Assembly (NCBI GenBank): GCA_018819405.1
Contig: JAHJQF010000001.1
Location: forward strand, 665,676 to 729,675
Reading direction: 5' to 3'
DNA: 64,000 bases
DNA from: Patescibacteria group bacterium
Lineage (GTDB): Bacteria; Patescibacteriota; Patescibacteriia; UBA1558; GWA2-36-10
The translations under genes were made by a program, and so were the position numbers. The notes below the pieces were generated by a model. The model was not told where the DNA came from and did no database searches. It worked only from the letters and a program-made list of their open reading frames with translations. Shown here one piece after another: positions 45,724 through 55,771 of the stretch (the stretch's first letter is position 1; each line of letters starts with the position of its first letter).

Positions 45724-48162
45724 ATGTCAATCAAAGATACTAAAAATATCTATGAGCTTAAACAAGAACTTTTAGAGGAGTTGGATGATTTTTTGGTAGA
45801 TGAAAATTTAGTTGGGCTTGTAAAAACTGAAAAAAAGAAAAAAGCTTTAGAGGAGTTGGATAAGCTTATTAAGCAGGATTTGTCATATCCTCAGATTTTA
45901 TCTGCTTTGAAAAAAGATGTTAAAGAAGAGATAGTCACAGAGCCAAAAGCTAACAATAGCTCTATTGCATCTCCATCTAACCATGTTTTAGATCTGAGGA
46001 GTAATAAAAATTCTCCCAAATCCAAAGAATCTGTCTTTAAAAAATATCAGGGCAGTTGGCAGAGGACAGTTGAAAAAATAAACAACCCAAAATTAAAAAA
46101 AGCAAAAACTCAACAAATAGTGCCTAAAGAACCAACTAATAAGACTTCTAAAATAGCTTTTTATGTGCCAGCTATTGGCTTATCAGCTTTAGCTAGCCGT
46201 TTGGCGGTCTTTGTTCTAGTTTTGGCTGTGATATTGATGCCTATTCGAGCTCTAGTCTTTTATGGTCAAATAAAAGATGATAAGGCTAAAATTATTGATC
46301 TTGGGCAACGTGGCATGTTGAGTTTAGAATCGGGTGTGATATTGGCTTCAGAAAATTCCTATCAAGAAGCTCAATCCAACTTTGATGAGGCTCTAGACAA
46401 TTTTTCTCAAGCTCGTCAGGTATTGGATGAATACCACAAATGGATGCTTAATGCAGCCGGTGTACTACCAATAGTTGGCAAGCCAATATCATTGAGTTCC
46501 AATATGTTGAATATTGCTAGCAATATTTCTGAAGCCGCTGGTATATTGAGTCAAAAAATGCAAAATAATGAGAGTCCAACTGATTATATTGCAGTTTTAA
46601 ATACACAAATTGATAAAACATTACCATATTTGGAAAAGGCAAATAAAGACTTGGACGGCATCTCTAGTAATATACTACCAGCCAACATGCAAGTTTATTT
46701 TGATAGTTTGAAAGATTATTTACCTTCTACTATTGAGAGCCTAAAAAGTTTAAATCAAACTTTTGATACTATACTACCACTCTTGGGTCATGATGCAGAA
46801 AAAAGATATTTAGTACTTTTCCAAAACAATCACGAGCTTAGACCAACTGGTGGTTTTGTTGGTAGTTTTGCGATGTTTGATGTTTACCGAGGTAAAATTG
46901 TAAATTTGGATATTCCAGAAGGGGGTTTGTATGATTTGGAAGCTGGTCAAGGTCCGGCCATCAAAGCCCCAGATGCTTTGTCGCTTATAAATTCTCATTT
47001 TAATATTTGGGATGCCAACTGGTGGTATGATTTTCCAAGCTCTGCCAAAAAAATTACTTGGTTTTATAACCAAGCAGGGCAATCTTCTATAGATGGTGTG
47101 ATAGCTATAAATGCAGATGTCCTCCAAGATTTATTGGCTGTATTAGGCCCTATTAGATTAGATGGATATAATCTTACTATAGACCAGTTCAATGTATTTG
47201 AAGTTTTACAGGAAGAAGTAGAATTAAATTATGATAAAGAAGAAAATAAACCAAAAGCCGTAGTAGCAGATTTGGTGCCAATAGTTTTAGAAAGGCTTTT
47301 GTCAAATACTGAAAAGCAAAAAGAAATAGTCTCAGTTTTGGTCCAGACCTTGGCCAAAAAAGATATACAAATTTATAGTAATCATCCTGATATTCAATCA
47401 CAAATTGCTGACTTTGGTTGGGCCGGTCAGGCCTTATCGACCAATCGTGATTATTTGGCGGTCATCAATACCAATATTGGTGGTGGTAAAACAGATAATT
47501 ATATATACCAAACTATTGACCACCAAGCTGAGATAATGCCAAACGGTGAGATTATTGATACAGTGCGTATCACCAGATCACATCGTGGAGATAAAGATAA
47601 CCCTTTTGCCGGCTTAGACGGAGGTAATTTTAGTTATATAAGGGTATATACACCCTTAGGCAGTGATTTTATCCAAGCTATTGGTTTTGATAGTAGGCCA
47701 TTTTCTTATATCCAAGCTGATAATAATGCTCAATTAGATCCAGATATTGCCCAAGAAGAATATAAAATGATTGATAGTGAGTCATCAACTGAGATATTTT
47801 CTAGTTTGGACAAAACAGTTTTTGCTGGTTGGACAGCTTTAAAGCCCGGAGAAACAAAAACAGTTTCTATCAAATATAAATTACCTTTTAAACTCAATAC
47901 ATCTGATCCTTTGATCAACGATTGGTGGCAGAAAATTTTGAAAAAAGATATTCGTCTTGATAATTACAGCCTCTTGGTCCAGTCACAGTCTGGCTTAAAA
48001 AATAATATATTTTATTCCTCAATCCTGTTACCAAATAATTTAAAAGTAATTTTTAATAATGCTACAGACAGTGATAGTCTCAATATTACCAATGACTTGA
48101 TAACATATAGTACCGAACTTGTCCGAGATCAATATTTTGGCTTTATTGTAGCTAGTAAATAA
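45724..48162 (+). CDS. DUF4012 domain protein
   Basis: RYLVLFQNNHELRPTGGFVGS, DANWWYDFPSSA, NTNIGGGKTD. Confidence 0.88.
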   Translation: MSIKDTKNIYELKQELLEELDDFLVDENLVGLVKTEKKKKALEELDKLIKQDLSYPQILSALKKDVKEEIVTEPKANNSSIASPSNHVLDLRSNKNSPKSKESVFKKYQGSWQRTVEKINNPKLKKAKTQQIVPKEPTNKTSKIAFYVPAIGLSALASRLAVFVLVLAVILMPIRALVFYGQIKDDKAKIIDLGQRGMLSLESGVILASENSYQEAQSNFDEALDNFSQARQVLDEYHKWMLNAAGVLPIVGKPISLSSNMLNIASNISEAAGILSQKMQNNESPTDYIAVLNTQIDKTLPYLEKANKDLDGISSNILPANMQVYFDSLKDYLPSTIESLKSLNQTFDTILPLLGHDAEKRYLVLFQNNHELRPTGGFVGSFAMFDVYRGKIVNLDIPEGGLYDLEAGQGPAIKAPDALSLINSHFNIWDANWWYDFPSSAKKITWFYNQAGQSSIDGVIAINADVLQDLLAVLGPIRLDGYNLTIDQFNVFEVLQEEVELNYDKEENKPKAVVADLVPIVLERLLSNTEKQKEIVSVLVQTLAKKDIQIYSNHPDIQSQIADFGWAGQALSTNRDYLAVINTNIGGGKTDNYIYQTIDHQAEIMPNGEIIDTVRITRSHRGDKDNPFAGLDGGNFSYIRVYTPLGSDFIQAIGFDSRPFSYIQADNNAQLDPDIAQEEYKMIDSESSTEIFSSLDKTVFAGWTALKPGETKTVSIKYKLPFKLNTSDPLINDWWQKILKKDIRLDNYSLLVQSQSGLKNNIFYSSILLPNNLKVIFNNATDSDSLNITNDLITYSTELVRDQYFGFIVASK

Positions 48163-48173
48163 TTTTTTATATC

Positions 48174-49763
48174 ATGTGGCGGAAGCTGTGGTACAAAATC
48201 AATAACACAGTCACAGGGGGTGCATTTATAATCGCCTGTTTTTCTTTTTTGGCCAAAATAATTGCTTTGTTTAGAGAGAGACTTATTGCTCACAATTTTG
48301 GCGCCAGTGAGATATCTGATGTTTACTACGCAGCTTTTCGTCTGCCTGATCTTATATTCAATACTTTGGTCTTAGGAGCTCTTACCTCGGCCTTTATCCC
48401 TGTCTTTCAAAAAGTCTGGCGCAAAGATAAGGAAGAGGGGATTTATCTTTCAAATTCAGTCTTGAATTTTTTCTTATTGTTTGTTGGGGTTTTGGTTATA
48501 TTGGCGATTATTTTTGCTGATAGAATAATGCCTCTTATTACACCAGGGTTTTCCGAATGGCAGATGACCGAGCTTATAAGATTGACCAGAATTATGCTTT
48601 TGGCCGTTATATTTTTTGTAATCTCCAATGTAGTGGGTGGAGTATTGAATTCTATGAAAAGATTTTTTAGTTTTTCTTTGGCTGCTAGTTTTTACAATAT
48701 TGGTATTATCATCGGAATTGTGTATTTTTATAAGATATATGGCCTCTTGGGTTTAGCTTATGGAGTTTTATTAGGCGCTGTACTTCATCTTTTAGTTCAA
48801 CTGCCAGAAATTATAAAAAATGGTTGGCGTTATAAATTAGTTTTAACCTTTGATAAAAATCTTTTTAAGATATTAAAACTAATGTTGCCTCGGACAATTG
48901 GTTTGGCAGCCGGTCAAGTCAATTTGATTGCCATTACCATGATTGCTTCTACTCTTAGTGTTGGTAGTATTGCCGTTTTTAATTTAGCTAATAATTTGCA
49001 AAGTTTGCCGGTCAGTTTATTTGCTGTGTCATTGGCAGTGGCAGTATTTCCGACTTTTACTCAGGCGGCTAGTGAAAAAAATGATGCTATGTTTGCTGAA
49101 AATTTTTCCAAAAGTTTTAGGCGGATATTATTTTTATTGATTCCCACTTCAGTTTTATTAGTTATTTTACGAGCTCAGATAGTGCGTGTCATATTAGGCA
49201 CCGGGGCATTTAGCTGGTCCAATACTGCTGATACAGCTCAAGCGCTGGGCTTTTTTGCCATATCTATATTTGCTCAGGGGCTTATACCACTCTTGGCTAG
49301 ATCTTTTTATGCATATGAGGACACCAAGACGCCAATGACAATTAGTATTTTTAGTATTGCTTTAAATATTGTTTTATCTTGGTATCTGGCCAAAATTTAT
49401 GGAGTAGTTGGTCTAGCATTGTCATTTAGTATCAGTAGTATATTAAATATGTTCTTATTATACGTGACTTTAAATTTGAAAGTACAAAATCTTGATACTA
49501 ATAAAATAGTTAATTCATTACTTAAAATTTTATTTAATTCATTTTTTGCCGCTTCAGTAACCTACGCCGGCCTTCATTTGTTTGCTCCATTGGTAGATAT
49601 GCGTACCTTTTTAGGTATATTTTTGCAAGGCTTGGCCGCCGGCTCACTGGGCTTGATAACTTACTTAGTTTTAGGTATAGTATTCAAACTAGATGAGTTA
49701 GCAATTGTAAAACAGTTATTAAAGAGGTCATTATTATTGTTTAAAAATGGAAAACATACGTAA
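48174..49763 (+). CDS. murJ: Lipid II flippase MurJ
   Basis: AAFRLPD, SAFIPVF, LARSFYAYEDTKTP; about 14 TM helices. Confidence 0.95.
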   Translation: MWRKLWYKINNTVTGGAFIIACFSFLAKIIALFRERLIAHNFGASEISDVYYAAFRLPDLIFNTLVLGALTSAFIPVFQKVWRKDKEEGIYLSNSVLNFFLLFVGVLVILAIIFADRIMPLITPGFSEWQMTELIRLTRIMLLAVIFFVISNVVGGVLNSMKRFFSFSLAASFYNIGIIIGIVYFYKIYGLLGLAYGVLLGAVLHLLVQLPEIIKNGWRYKLVLTFDKNLFKILKLMLPRTIGLAAGQVNLIAITMIASTLSVGSIAVFNLANNLQSLPVSLFAVSLAVAVFPTFTQAASEKNDAMFAENFSKSFRRILFLLIPTSVLLVILRAQIVRVILGTGAFSWSNTADTAQALGFFAISIFAQGLIPLLARSFYAYEDTKTPMTISIFSIALNIVLSWYLAKIYGVVGLALSFSISSILNMFLLYVTLNLKVQNLDTNKIVNSLLKILFNSFFAASVTYAGLHLFAPLVDMRTFLGIFLQGLAAGSLGLITYLVLGIVFKLDELAIVKQLLKRSLLLFKNGKHT

Positions 49764-51522
49764 TTTTTGCATAATTGCCCATATAGACCATGGTAAATCT
49801 ACTTTAGCAGATAGAATGTTGGAGATTACCGGTACAGTAGAAAAACGAAGAATGAAGGCTCAACTGCTTGATCAGATGGACCTAGAAAGAGAAAGGGGTA
49901 TTACTATCAAACTTCAGCCGGCCAGAATGATGTGGCAAGGTAAAATTTTGAATTTGATAGATACACCGGGGCATGTTGATTTTAGCTATGAAGTATCACG
50001 TTCTTTGGCGGCGGTAGAAGGAGCTATATTATTGGTGGATGCTACTCAAGGTGTAGAAGCTCAGACTCTAGCCAACCTTTATTTAGCTGTTGATCAAAAC
50101 CTGGATATTATATCAGTAATAAATAAAATTGATTTACCAGCTGCTGATGTCGAAAAGGTTACTACCGAGATTATAAACCTATTGGGTTGTCAAAAAGATG
50201 ACATCCTACATGTGTCGGCCAAAACAGGGCAGGGGGTAGATAAGGTATTAGATAAAATTGTAGATAAAATTAAAACACCTCAGGACAATAATCCGGATTT
50301 GCAGGCTTTAATTTTTGATTCGGCTTATGATGAATATAGGGGTGTGGTTATATATACTAGAGTTTTTGGTGGTAGAATAAAAAAAGGTGACAAAATAAAA
50401 TTTGTAGCCAATCAAGAAGAAACTGAAGTTTTGGATGTGGGTTATTTTGTACCAAGCTGGCAAAGCTCCGGTAAACTAGAAAATGGTGAAATTGGGTATT
50501 TGGTAACTGGTATAAAAAACTTAGAAAAAGCCAAAGTAGGAGATACTATAGTTTCTTATGATAAGAATACAGCCGCTTTGCCTGGCTATAAACAAATCAA
50601 GCCGGTGGTTTATGCTGGTATATTTCCTCAGGAAGGCAGTCAATATCAGAGACTTAGAGAGGCTATCTTAAAGCTAAAACTCAGTGACGCCAGTTTGGTG
50701 TTTGAGCCAGCTAGCTCTGTGGCTCTTGGTTTTGGTTTTAGGTGTGGTTTTCTTGGGCTTTTACATTTGGAAATATTTCAAGAAAGACTAAAAAGAGAAC
50801 ACAAATTAGATCTTATTGTCACTACGCCAACCGTAGCTTATAAAATATTTTTGACAAACGGACAAACTCAAGTCTTGACCTCTCCATCTGATCTGCCGGA
50901 GCACAGTAAAATAGCTTATATAGAAGAGCCATATATGCATATTGAAGTGATTAGTCCCAAAAAATATATGGGTTCACTAATGGAATATATAATTTCCCAA
51001 AAAGGTATTTCCAAAAGCACAGAGTTTATTGATGAGGGTAGACTTATTTTACGCTTTGATATACCTCTAGCTAGTATTTTGGTGGATTTTTATGACAACA
51101 TAAAAAGTATTTCATCCGGCTATGCGTCCTTAAATTATGATTTGGCAGATTATCGCAAGTGTGAAATTGTAAAAATGGATATATTGGTAGCCGAACAGCC
51201 AGTAGAAGCTCTGACTACGCTGGTCTACAAAGACGAAGCACATCAGATTGGTAAAAGGATTGTCAACAAACTAAAAGAAGTATTGCCTCGCCAACAGTTT
51301 GCTCTCAAATTGCAAGCTGCCGTGGGAGGGAAAATAGTGGCCGGTGAAAAACTCTCAGCTCTGAGAAAAGATGTTACGGCAAAACTGTATGGCGGTGATG
51401 TCACTCGTAAGCGAAAACTTTTGGAAAAACAAAAAAAGGGCAAGAAAAAAATGGCCCAAATTGGCAAAGTAGAAATACCCCAGGAAGCCTATCTGGCAGT
51501 CCTTAAAAAAGACAATCGTTAG
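49747..51522 (+). CDS. lepA: Elongation factor 4 (LepA)
   Basis: IRNFCIIAHIDHGKSTLADR, GFRCGFLGLLH, YGGDVTRKRKLLEKQKKGKK. Confidence 0.98.
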   Translation: MENIRNFCIIAHIDHGKSTLADRMLEITGTVEKRRMKAQLLDQMDLERERGITIKLQPARMMWQGKILNLIDTPGHVDFSYEVSRSLAAVEGAILLVDATQGVEAQTLANLYLAVDQNLDIISVINKIDLPAADVEKVTTEIINLLGCQKDDILHVSAKTGQGVDKVLDKIVDKIKTPQDNNPDLQALIFDSAYDEYRGVVIYTRVFGGRIKKGDKIKFVANQEETEVLDVGYFVPSWQSSGKLENGEIGYLVTGIKNLEKAKVGDTIVSYDKNTAALPGYKQIKPVVYAGIFPQEGSQYQRLREAILKLKLSDASLVFEPASSVALGFGFRCGFLGLLHLEIFQERLKREHKLDLIVTTPTVAYKIFLTNGQTQVLTSPSDLPEHSKIAYIEEPYMHIEVISPKKYMGSLMEYIISQKGISKSTEFIDEGRLILRFDIPLASILVDFYDNIKSISSGYASLNYDLADYRKCEIVKMDILVAEQPVEALTTLVYKDEAHQIGKRIVNKLKEVLPRQQFALKLQAAVGGKIVAGEKLSALRKDVTAKLYGGDVTRKRKLLEKQKKGKKKMAQIGKVEIPQEAYLAVLKKDNR

Positions 51523-51626
51523 TAGCTACCAGAGCCAATAGAAGATCCTAAAGTCCACATTATCATAGAAAATATGATAAATATTGAAAAAATAATCCAA
51601 ATAATTCTTTGAGTTTTTCTTTTCAT
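51519..51626 (-). CDS. 35-aa single-TM small protein (absent from the ORF track)
   Basis: MKRKTQRIIWIIFSIFIIFSMIMWTLGSSIGSGSY*; basic N-terminus plus TM helix; stop overlaps the lepA stop. Confidence 0.6.
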   Translation of the reverse strand: MKRKTQRIIWIIFSIFIIFSMIMWTLGSSIGSGSY

Positions 51627-51665
51627 CTGGCTAAAAATTAATTATCAAATAATTTTTCTTTCAGG

Positions 51666-52112
51666 GTGCATAATATGGATAATTTTAACAAATTTTTACA
51701 TTCAGGGGAAGAGCTAGTAACGATAGTTAGGTCAAAATCAGCCTCATACAATATTTTTTTAACTATTAGCCTTATTTTATTAGCTTTTTTTATGTTATTT
51801 CCTATGTGGAAAGTAGGTAGGCAGGGATTTTGGCTATGGATTTTTTTAGTATTTTTTTTGATTTATTTATTAATCACACAAATTTTAAACAAGGAAAGTC
51901 TGTATTTAATCACTAACCGGCGTATAATCCACCTAAAAATATATACTAAAGATGATTACAAATCTGCTGGCTCGGTAAAAATAAATCAAATAGAAAATAT
52001 AAAAAAACAAAATAATACTATACAAATTTTTATAAACAACAAAAAATATTACCTTACTAACATTGAAAAAGCTGACAAGGTATATAATTTTATAAAGTCC
52101 AAAATTTTATAG
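51666..52112 (+). CDS. Membrane protein with bacterial PH-like domain
   Basis: Two TM helices, then YLITNRRII. Confidence 0.75.
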   Translation: MHNMDNFNKFLHSGEELVTIVRSKSASYNIFLTISLILLAFFMLFPMWKVGRQGFWLWIFLVFFLIYLLITQILNKESLYLITNRRIIHLKIYTKDDYKSAGSVKINQIENIKKQNNTIQIFINNKKYYLTNIEKADKVYNFIKSKIL

Positions 52113-52148
52113 CTATGATTGTAGCCTAAAAAATGTTATAATATAGCC

Positions 52149-52622
52149 ATGCCAGAAGTTTTGGAACCAAAGATATTGAAAGTTGAAAAAATGCCGGCTC
52201 CGGAAACATCTCCAGAGCAAATTTCTAGTTCTGAAAAAAATTCGGAAAAAATGCCGACTTTGGATAAAGAAAGCCAACAAGTATCAGAAATTTCTTTGCC
52301 ACAAACTCCAACAAACCAGGCCATAGTATCAGATGATGAAATGGTTTTGCAAAAAGTGGAAAATATTTTATCAGCAAATATGGATAAAGTATTTTTGTCA
52401 CTAGATATTTCTATGCAGACTAGATTTAAAATCAAAGGTGAAGAAACGGCCAAAAAAATATCTGGACTTTTAAGAAATACCAGTGTCAAAACAAAAGATA
52501 TCTTATCCCTTATACTTGAATGGTTACGTATTGTCCCTAAAATTAATAAGCATTTTTTGGAGCAAGAAGCAAAAATAAAAACTGATAATATATTAAAACT
52601 TCATAAAGAAAAACAAAATTAA
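52149..52622 (+). CDS. Conserved hypothetical protein
   Basis: FKIKGEETA...WLRIVPKINKHFLEQEAKIKTD; directly upstream of the VirD4-like ATPase. Confidence 0.8.
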   Translation: MPEVLEPKILKVEKMPAPETSPEQISSSEKNSEKMPTLDKESQQVSEISLPQTPTNQAIVSDDEMVLQKVENILSANMDKVFLSLDISMQTRFKIKGEETAKKISGLLRNTSVKTKDILSLILEWLRIVPKINKHFLEQEAKIKTDNILKLHKEKQN

Positions 52623-52625
52623 ATC

Positions 52626-55097
52626 ATGCTAGATTACATTGTTATAGGGTTTATAATATTATTTTTCTTAACCGTAATAACTATTCTATTACGCTGGCTT
52701 TACATACGTTGGGGTGACAAAAGTAACAAAGGAGTATCCTTTGTTGTTTTACGTATAAAGGTTCCCCAATATTCTACTCAAGAAAAAGACAAAGAAAATA
52801 AGGAATATATCCAAAATAGTTTAGGTCAAATTGAAAATTTTTTTACAGTGCTAAGTGGCTTAAAGGCTCAGCGCAAAATAAGACGAACTGATTTATTTTC
52901 TATAGAGCTGGTCTCAGATAGTGGTATTATAAATATATATGCTGCTATGCCACCATCTTTAAAGGATTTTTTTGTGGAACACTTGCAATCTGTCTACCCA
53001 CATATACATTATGAAGAAGTGAGTGATTATAATATATTTCAGCCAAATGGCGTGATACTTGCCGGATCTCTTCGTTTTGCTAGGGATTATAGTCTACCTA
53101 TTAGGACTTACCGTAAGTTTGAAAATGACCCAATGGAGTCAATTACTAATGCTTTGAGTAAGCTAAATGAAAATGAAGGCGCGGCAATTCAATATGTTTT
53201 CCGTTCGTCTAAGTCAAAATGGCATTCTCGTGGCCGAAAAATAGCTCAGCATATGCACCGGGGCTTGACTTATAATGAGGCTTTGAAAAAAGCGGGGGGA
53301 GGGGGAGGATTTTTTAATACTAGCGCCAAAATTTTTGGTTTTTTTATAGATTTCTTTACAACTCGTGATCCTAATAAAGAAAAAGAAAAAACACCAGAAC
53401 CACAGCCATTATCTGCTATGGAGCAAGAAAGAGCCAAAGGTATGGAAGAAAAAACTGCCAAATCAGGTTTGGATGTCAATATTCGGATGGTTGTTTCTAC
53501 ACCATCTAAGGAAAGATCTACAGCCATTCTTTCAGATATAATGAATAGTTTTTCCCAATACAATATATATGAATTTGGTAATAGTTTCAAAATTTTTTTA
53601 CCGAGAAATATTGATACTTATGTAGAACATTTTATATACAGACATTTTGTTCCTCAAAACAGTATGCTTCTCAATTCTGAAGAAATGACCAGCGTTGTCC
53701 ACTTACCTATACCTGGCACTCATACTCCAAACATTGATTGGTTAGGAGCAGTGGAAGCTGCCCCACCAACCAATATGCCTACTGAGGGTATTATTTTAGG
53801 TTTAAATACTTATCGTGGTAAAAAGACTGTAGTGCGTATAAAAGATGAGGATAGGCGTCGTCATATGTATGAGATTGGTCAAACGGGCACTGGTAAATCC
53901 GTATTTTTAGAAAGTCTAGTTATTCAGGATATAGAAGCTGGCAGAGGCGTTTGTGTCTTAGATCCACACGGCGACCTAGTAGAAAAAGTCTTGGCCCATA
54001 TTCCAAAAGAAAGAGCTGAAGATGTAATTCTTTTTGATCCCTCTGATGTTGGTAGACCAATGGGTATGAATATGTTGGAATTTGAGACTGAAGAACAAAA
54101 AAGTTTTGTGATCAATGAAATGATTGCTATTTTTGATAAATTATATGATCTCAAAGCAACAGGTGGGCCTATGTTTGAGCAGTATATGAGAAATGCCATG
54201 TTGCTTATTATGGAAGACAAAGAATCCGGGGCAACACTTTTAGAAATCCCCAAAGTTTTATCGGATAGTTTATATAGGAAACAAAAATTAGAAAAAGTAA
54301 AAAACTATTTAGTTCGTGATTTTTGGGAAAAAGAAGCCCAAAAAGCTGGTGGTGAAGCATCACTTGCCAATATGGTACCTTATATCACCAGTAAGCTGAC
54401 ACCTTTTCTTTCCAACGACCTTATTCGTCCTATTGTTTCTCAGGAAAAGAGCGCTTTCAATTTCAGAAAAGCCATGGATGAAGATAAGATTATTTTGGTC
54501 AACCTGTCTAAAGGTAAGATTGGTGATATGAATAGTAGTTTGCTGGGTATGATTGTGATTGGTAAAATACTATATGCTGCTTTGAGCAGAGTAGACATGC
54601 CAGAAGACCAACGAAAAGATTTTTATCTTTATATTGATGAGTTTCAAAATTATATTACCGATAGTATTTCTGTAATTTTATCAGAAGCTAGAAAATATAA
54701 ATTAAATCTTATTTTGGCTCATCAATTTTTGGCTCAGTTGGTCAAAAATAATGATACCCGAATCAAGGATGCTGTGTTTGGAAATGTAGGCACTATAATT
54801 TCCTATAGGATAGGTGTAGATGATGCTGAGGTAATAGCCAAACAAATGGCTCCAGTTGTATCAGAATATGATCTGTTAAACATGCCCAAGTATACCTGTT
54901 ATGTAAAACTTTTGATAGATAATCAAAATCCACCAGCTTTCAATTTTATGCCTGTTTTACCTGAAAAAGGAAATTATGAATTAGCCAAAACAATCAAAGA
55001 GTTGTCTCGCTTAAAGTATGGTAGAGATAAACAAGTAGTGGAAAATGAGATCAGAATACGTTCAAATATTGTAGCTGATCCACCAAAAGTGGCCTAA
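52626..55097 (+). CDS. VirD4/TraG-like (HerA-FtsK superfamily) ATPase
   Basis: Walker A GQTGTGKS, LDPHGDL, Walker B LYIDEFQN, LSEARKY. Confidence 0.9.
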   Translation: MLDYIVIGFIILFFLTVITILLRWLYIRWGDKSNKGVSFVVLRIKVPQYSTQEKDKENKEYIQNSLGQIENFFTVLSGLKAQRKIRRTDLFSIELVSDSGIINIYAAMPPSLKDFFVEHLQSVYPHIHYEEVSDYNIFQPNGVILAGSLRFARDYSLPIRTYRKFENDPMESITNALSKLNENEGAAIQYVFRSSKSKWHSRGRKIAQHMHRGLTYNEALKKAGGGGGFFNTSAKIFGFFIDFFTTRDPNKEKEKTPEPQPLSAMEQERAKGMEEKTAKSGLDVNIRMVVSTPSKERSTAILSDIMNSFSQYNIYEFGNSFKIFLPRNIDTYVEHFIYRHFVPQNSMLLNSEEMTSVVHLPIPGTHTPNIDWLGAVEAAPPTNMPTEGIILGLNTYRGKKTVVRIKDEDRRRHMYEIGQTGTGKSVFLESLVIQDIEAGRGVCVLDPHGDLVEKVLAHIPKERAEDVILFDPSDVGRPMGMNMLEFETEEQKSFVINEMIAIFDKLYDLKATGGPMFEQYMRNAMLLIMEDKESGATLLEIPKVLSDSLYRKQKLEKVKNYLVRDFWEKEAQKAGGEASLANMVPYITSKLTPFLSNDLIRPIVSQEKSAFNFRKAMDEDKIILVNLSKGKIGDMNSSLLGMIVIGKILYAALSRVDMPEDQRKDFYLYIDEFQNYITDSISVILSEARKYKLNLILAHQFLAQLVKNNDTRIKDAVFGNVGTIISYRIGVDDAEVIAKQMAPVVSEYDLLNMPKYTCYVKLLIDNQNPPAFNFMPVLPEKGNYELAKTIKELSRLKYGRDKQVVENEIRIRSNIVADPPKVA

Positions 55098-55179
55098 TTT
55101 ATCTACATTGCCAAGAGGTATAATTTATGATAAATTTATAGGGCAAATAAGTTTGCAAAAGCGATAAATAAAAACAAAA

Positions 55180-55764
55180 ATGGCAAACACAAAAAAAATC
55201 AAAGATTTAGAAGCTTTGGTATATAATCTAGAATTGGAACTCAAAAAAACCAAACAAGTTTTGGGTGAGCTGAGCGGAAAAAGCGGCCGAGAGTCAATTG
55301 ATTATTCATTACGGGCGGCTGAACTAGGCAGTGAAAAAGACACTGATAATGGTTTGATTATTGAAGGAGTTTTCAACGGGCAGATAATGATTGGTCCAGA
55401 TGGCAAACAATATAGTGTGCCAGCCAATTATGCTTCAAAATCCAAGTTAGTTGAAGGAGATATACTAAAACTTACTATAATAAACGACGGTTCTTTTATT
55501 TTCAAACAAATATCGCCAGTGGAAAGAAGGCGAATGGTTGGCCATTTGATCAAAGACAAAAAAACCAATGATTTTGTGGTATTGTCTGGAGACAAGATTT
55601 ATAAAGTATTAATGGCTTCCGTTACTTATTTCAAAGGTGAAGAAGGTGATGAAGTGGTTATTTTGGCGCCCAAGGACTCTGATAGTAACTGGGCGGCTGT
55701 GGAAAATATAGTCAAAAATAATAATACAACAACTTCTACTGACGATTTCGAACTTAGTTTGTAA
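55180..55764 (+). CDS. Conserved hypothetical protein
   Basis: IIEGVFNG..M.GPDGKQYSVPANYASKSKLVEGD motif of a CPR-type family. Confidence 0.8.
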   Translation: MANTKKIKDLEALVYNLELELKKTKQVLGELSGKSGRESIDYSLRAAELGSEKDTDNGLIIEGVFNGQIMIGPDGKQYSVPANYASKSKLVEGDILKLTIINDGSFIFKQISPVERRRMVGHLIKDKKTNDFVVLSGDKIYKVLMASVTYFKGEEGDEVVILAPKDSDSNWAAVENIVKNNNTTTSTDDFELSL

Positions 55765-55771
55765 CTTAATT

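Noticed and set aside
51645-51670. aatttttctttcaggGTG as a decayed arm at a GTG start
   Set aside because: Too many mismatches for an AT-rich context, and a downstream ATG may be the real start.
55180-55764. Ribosomal protein L7/L12 label sometimes given to this kind of CPR protein
   Set aside because: No L7/L12 motifs are present in the sequence.
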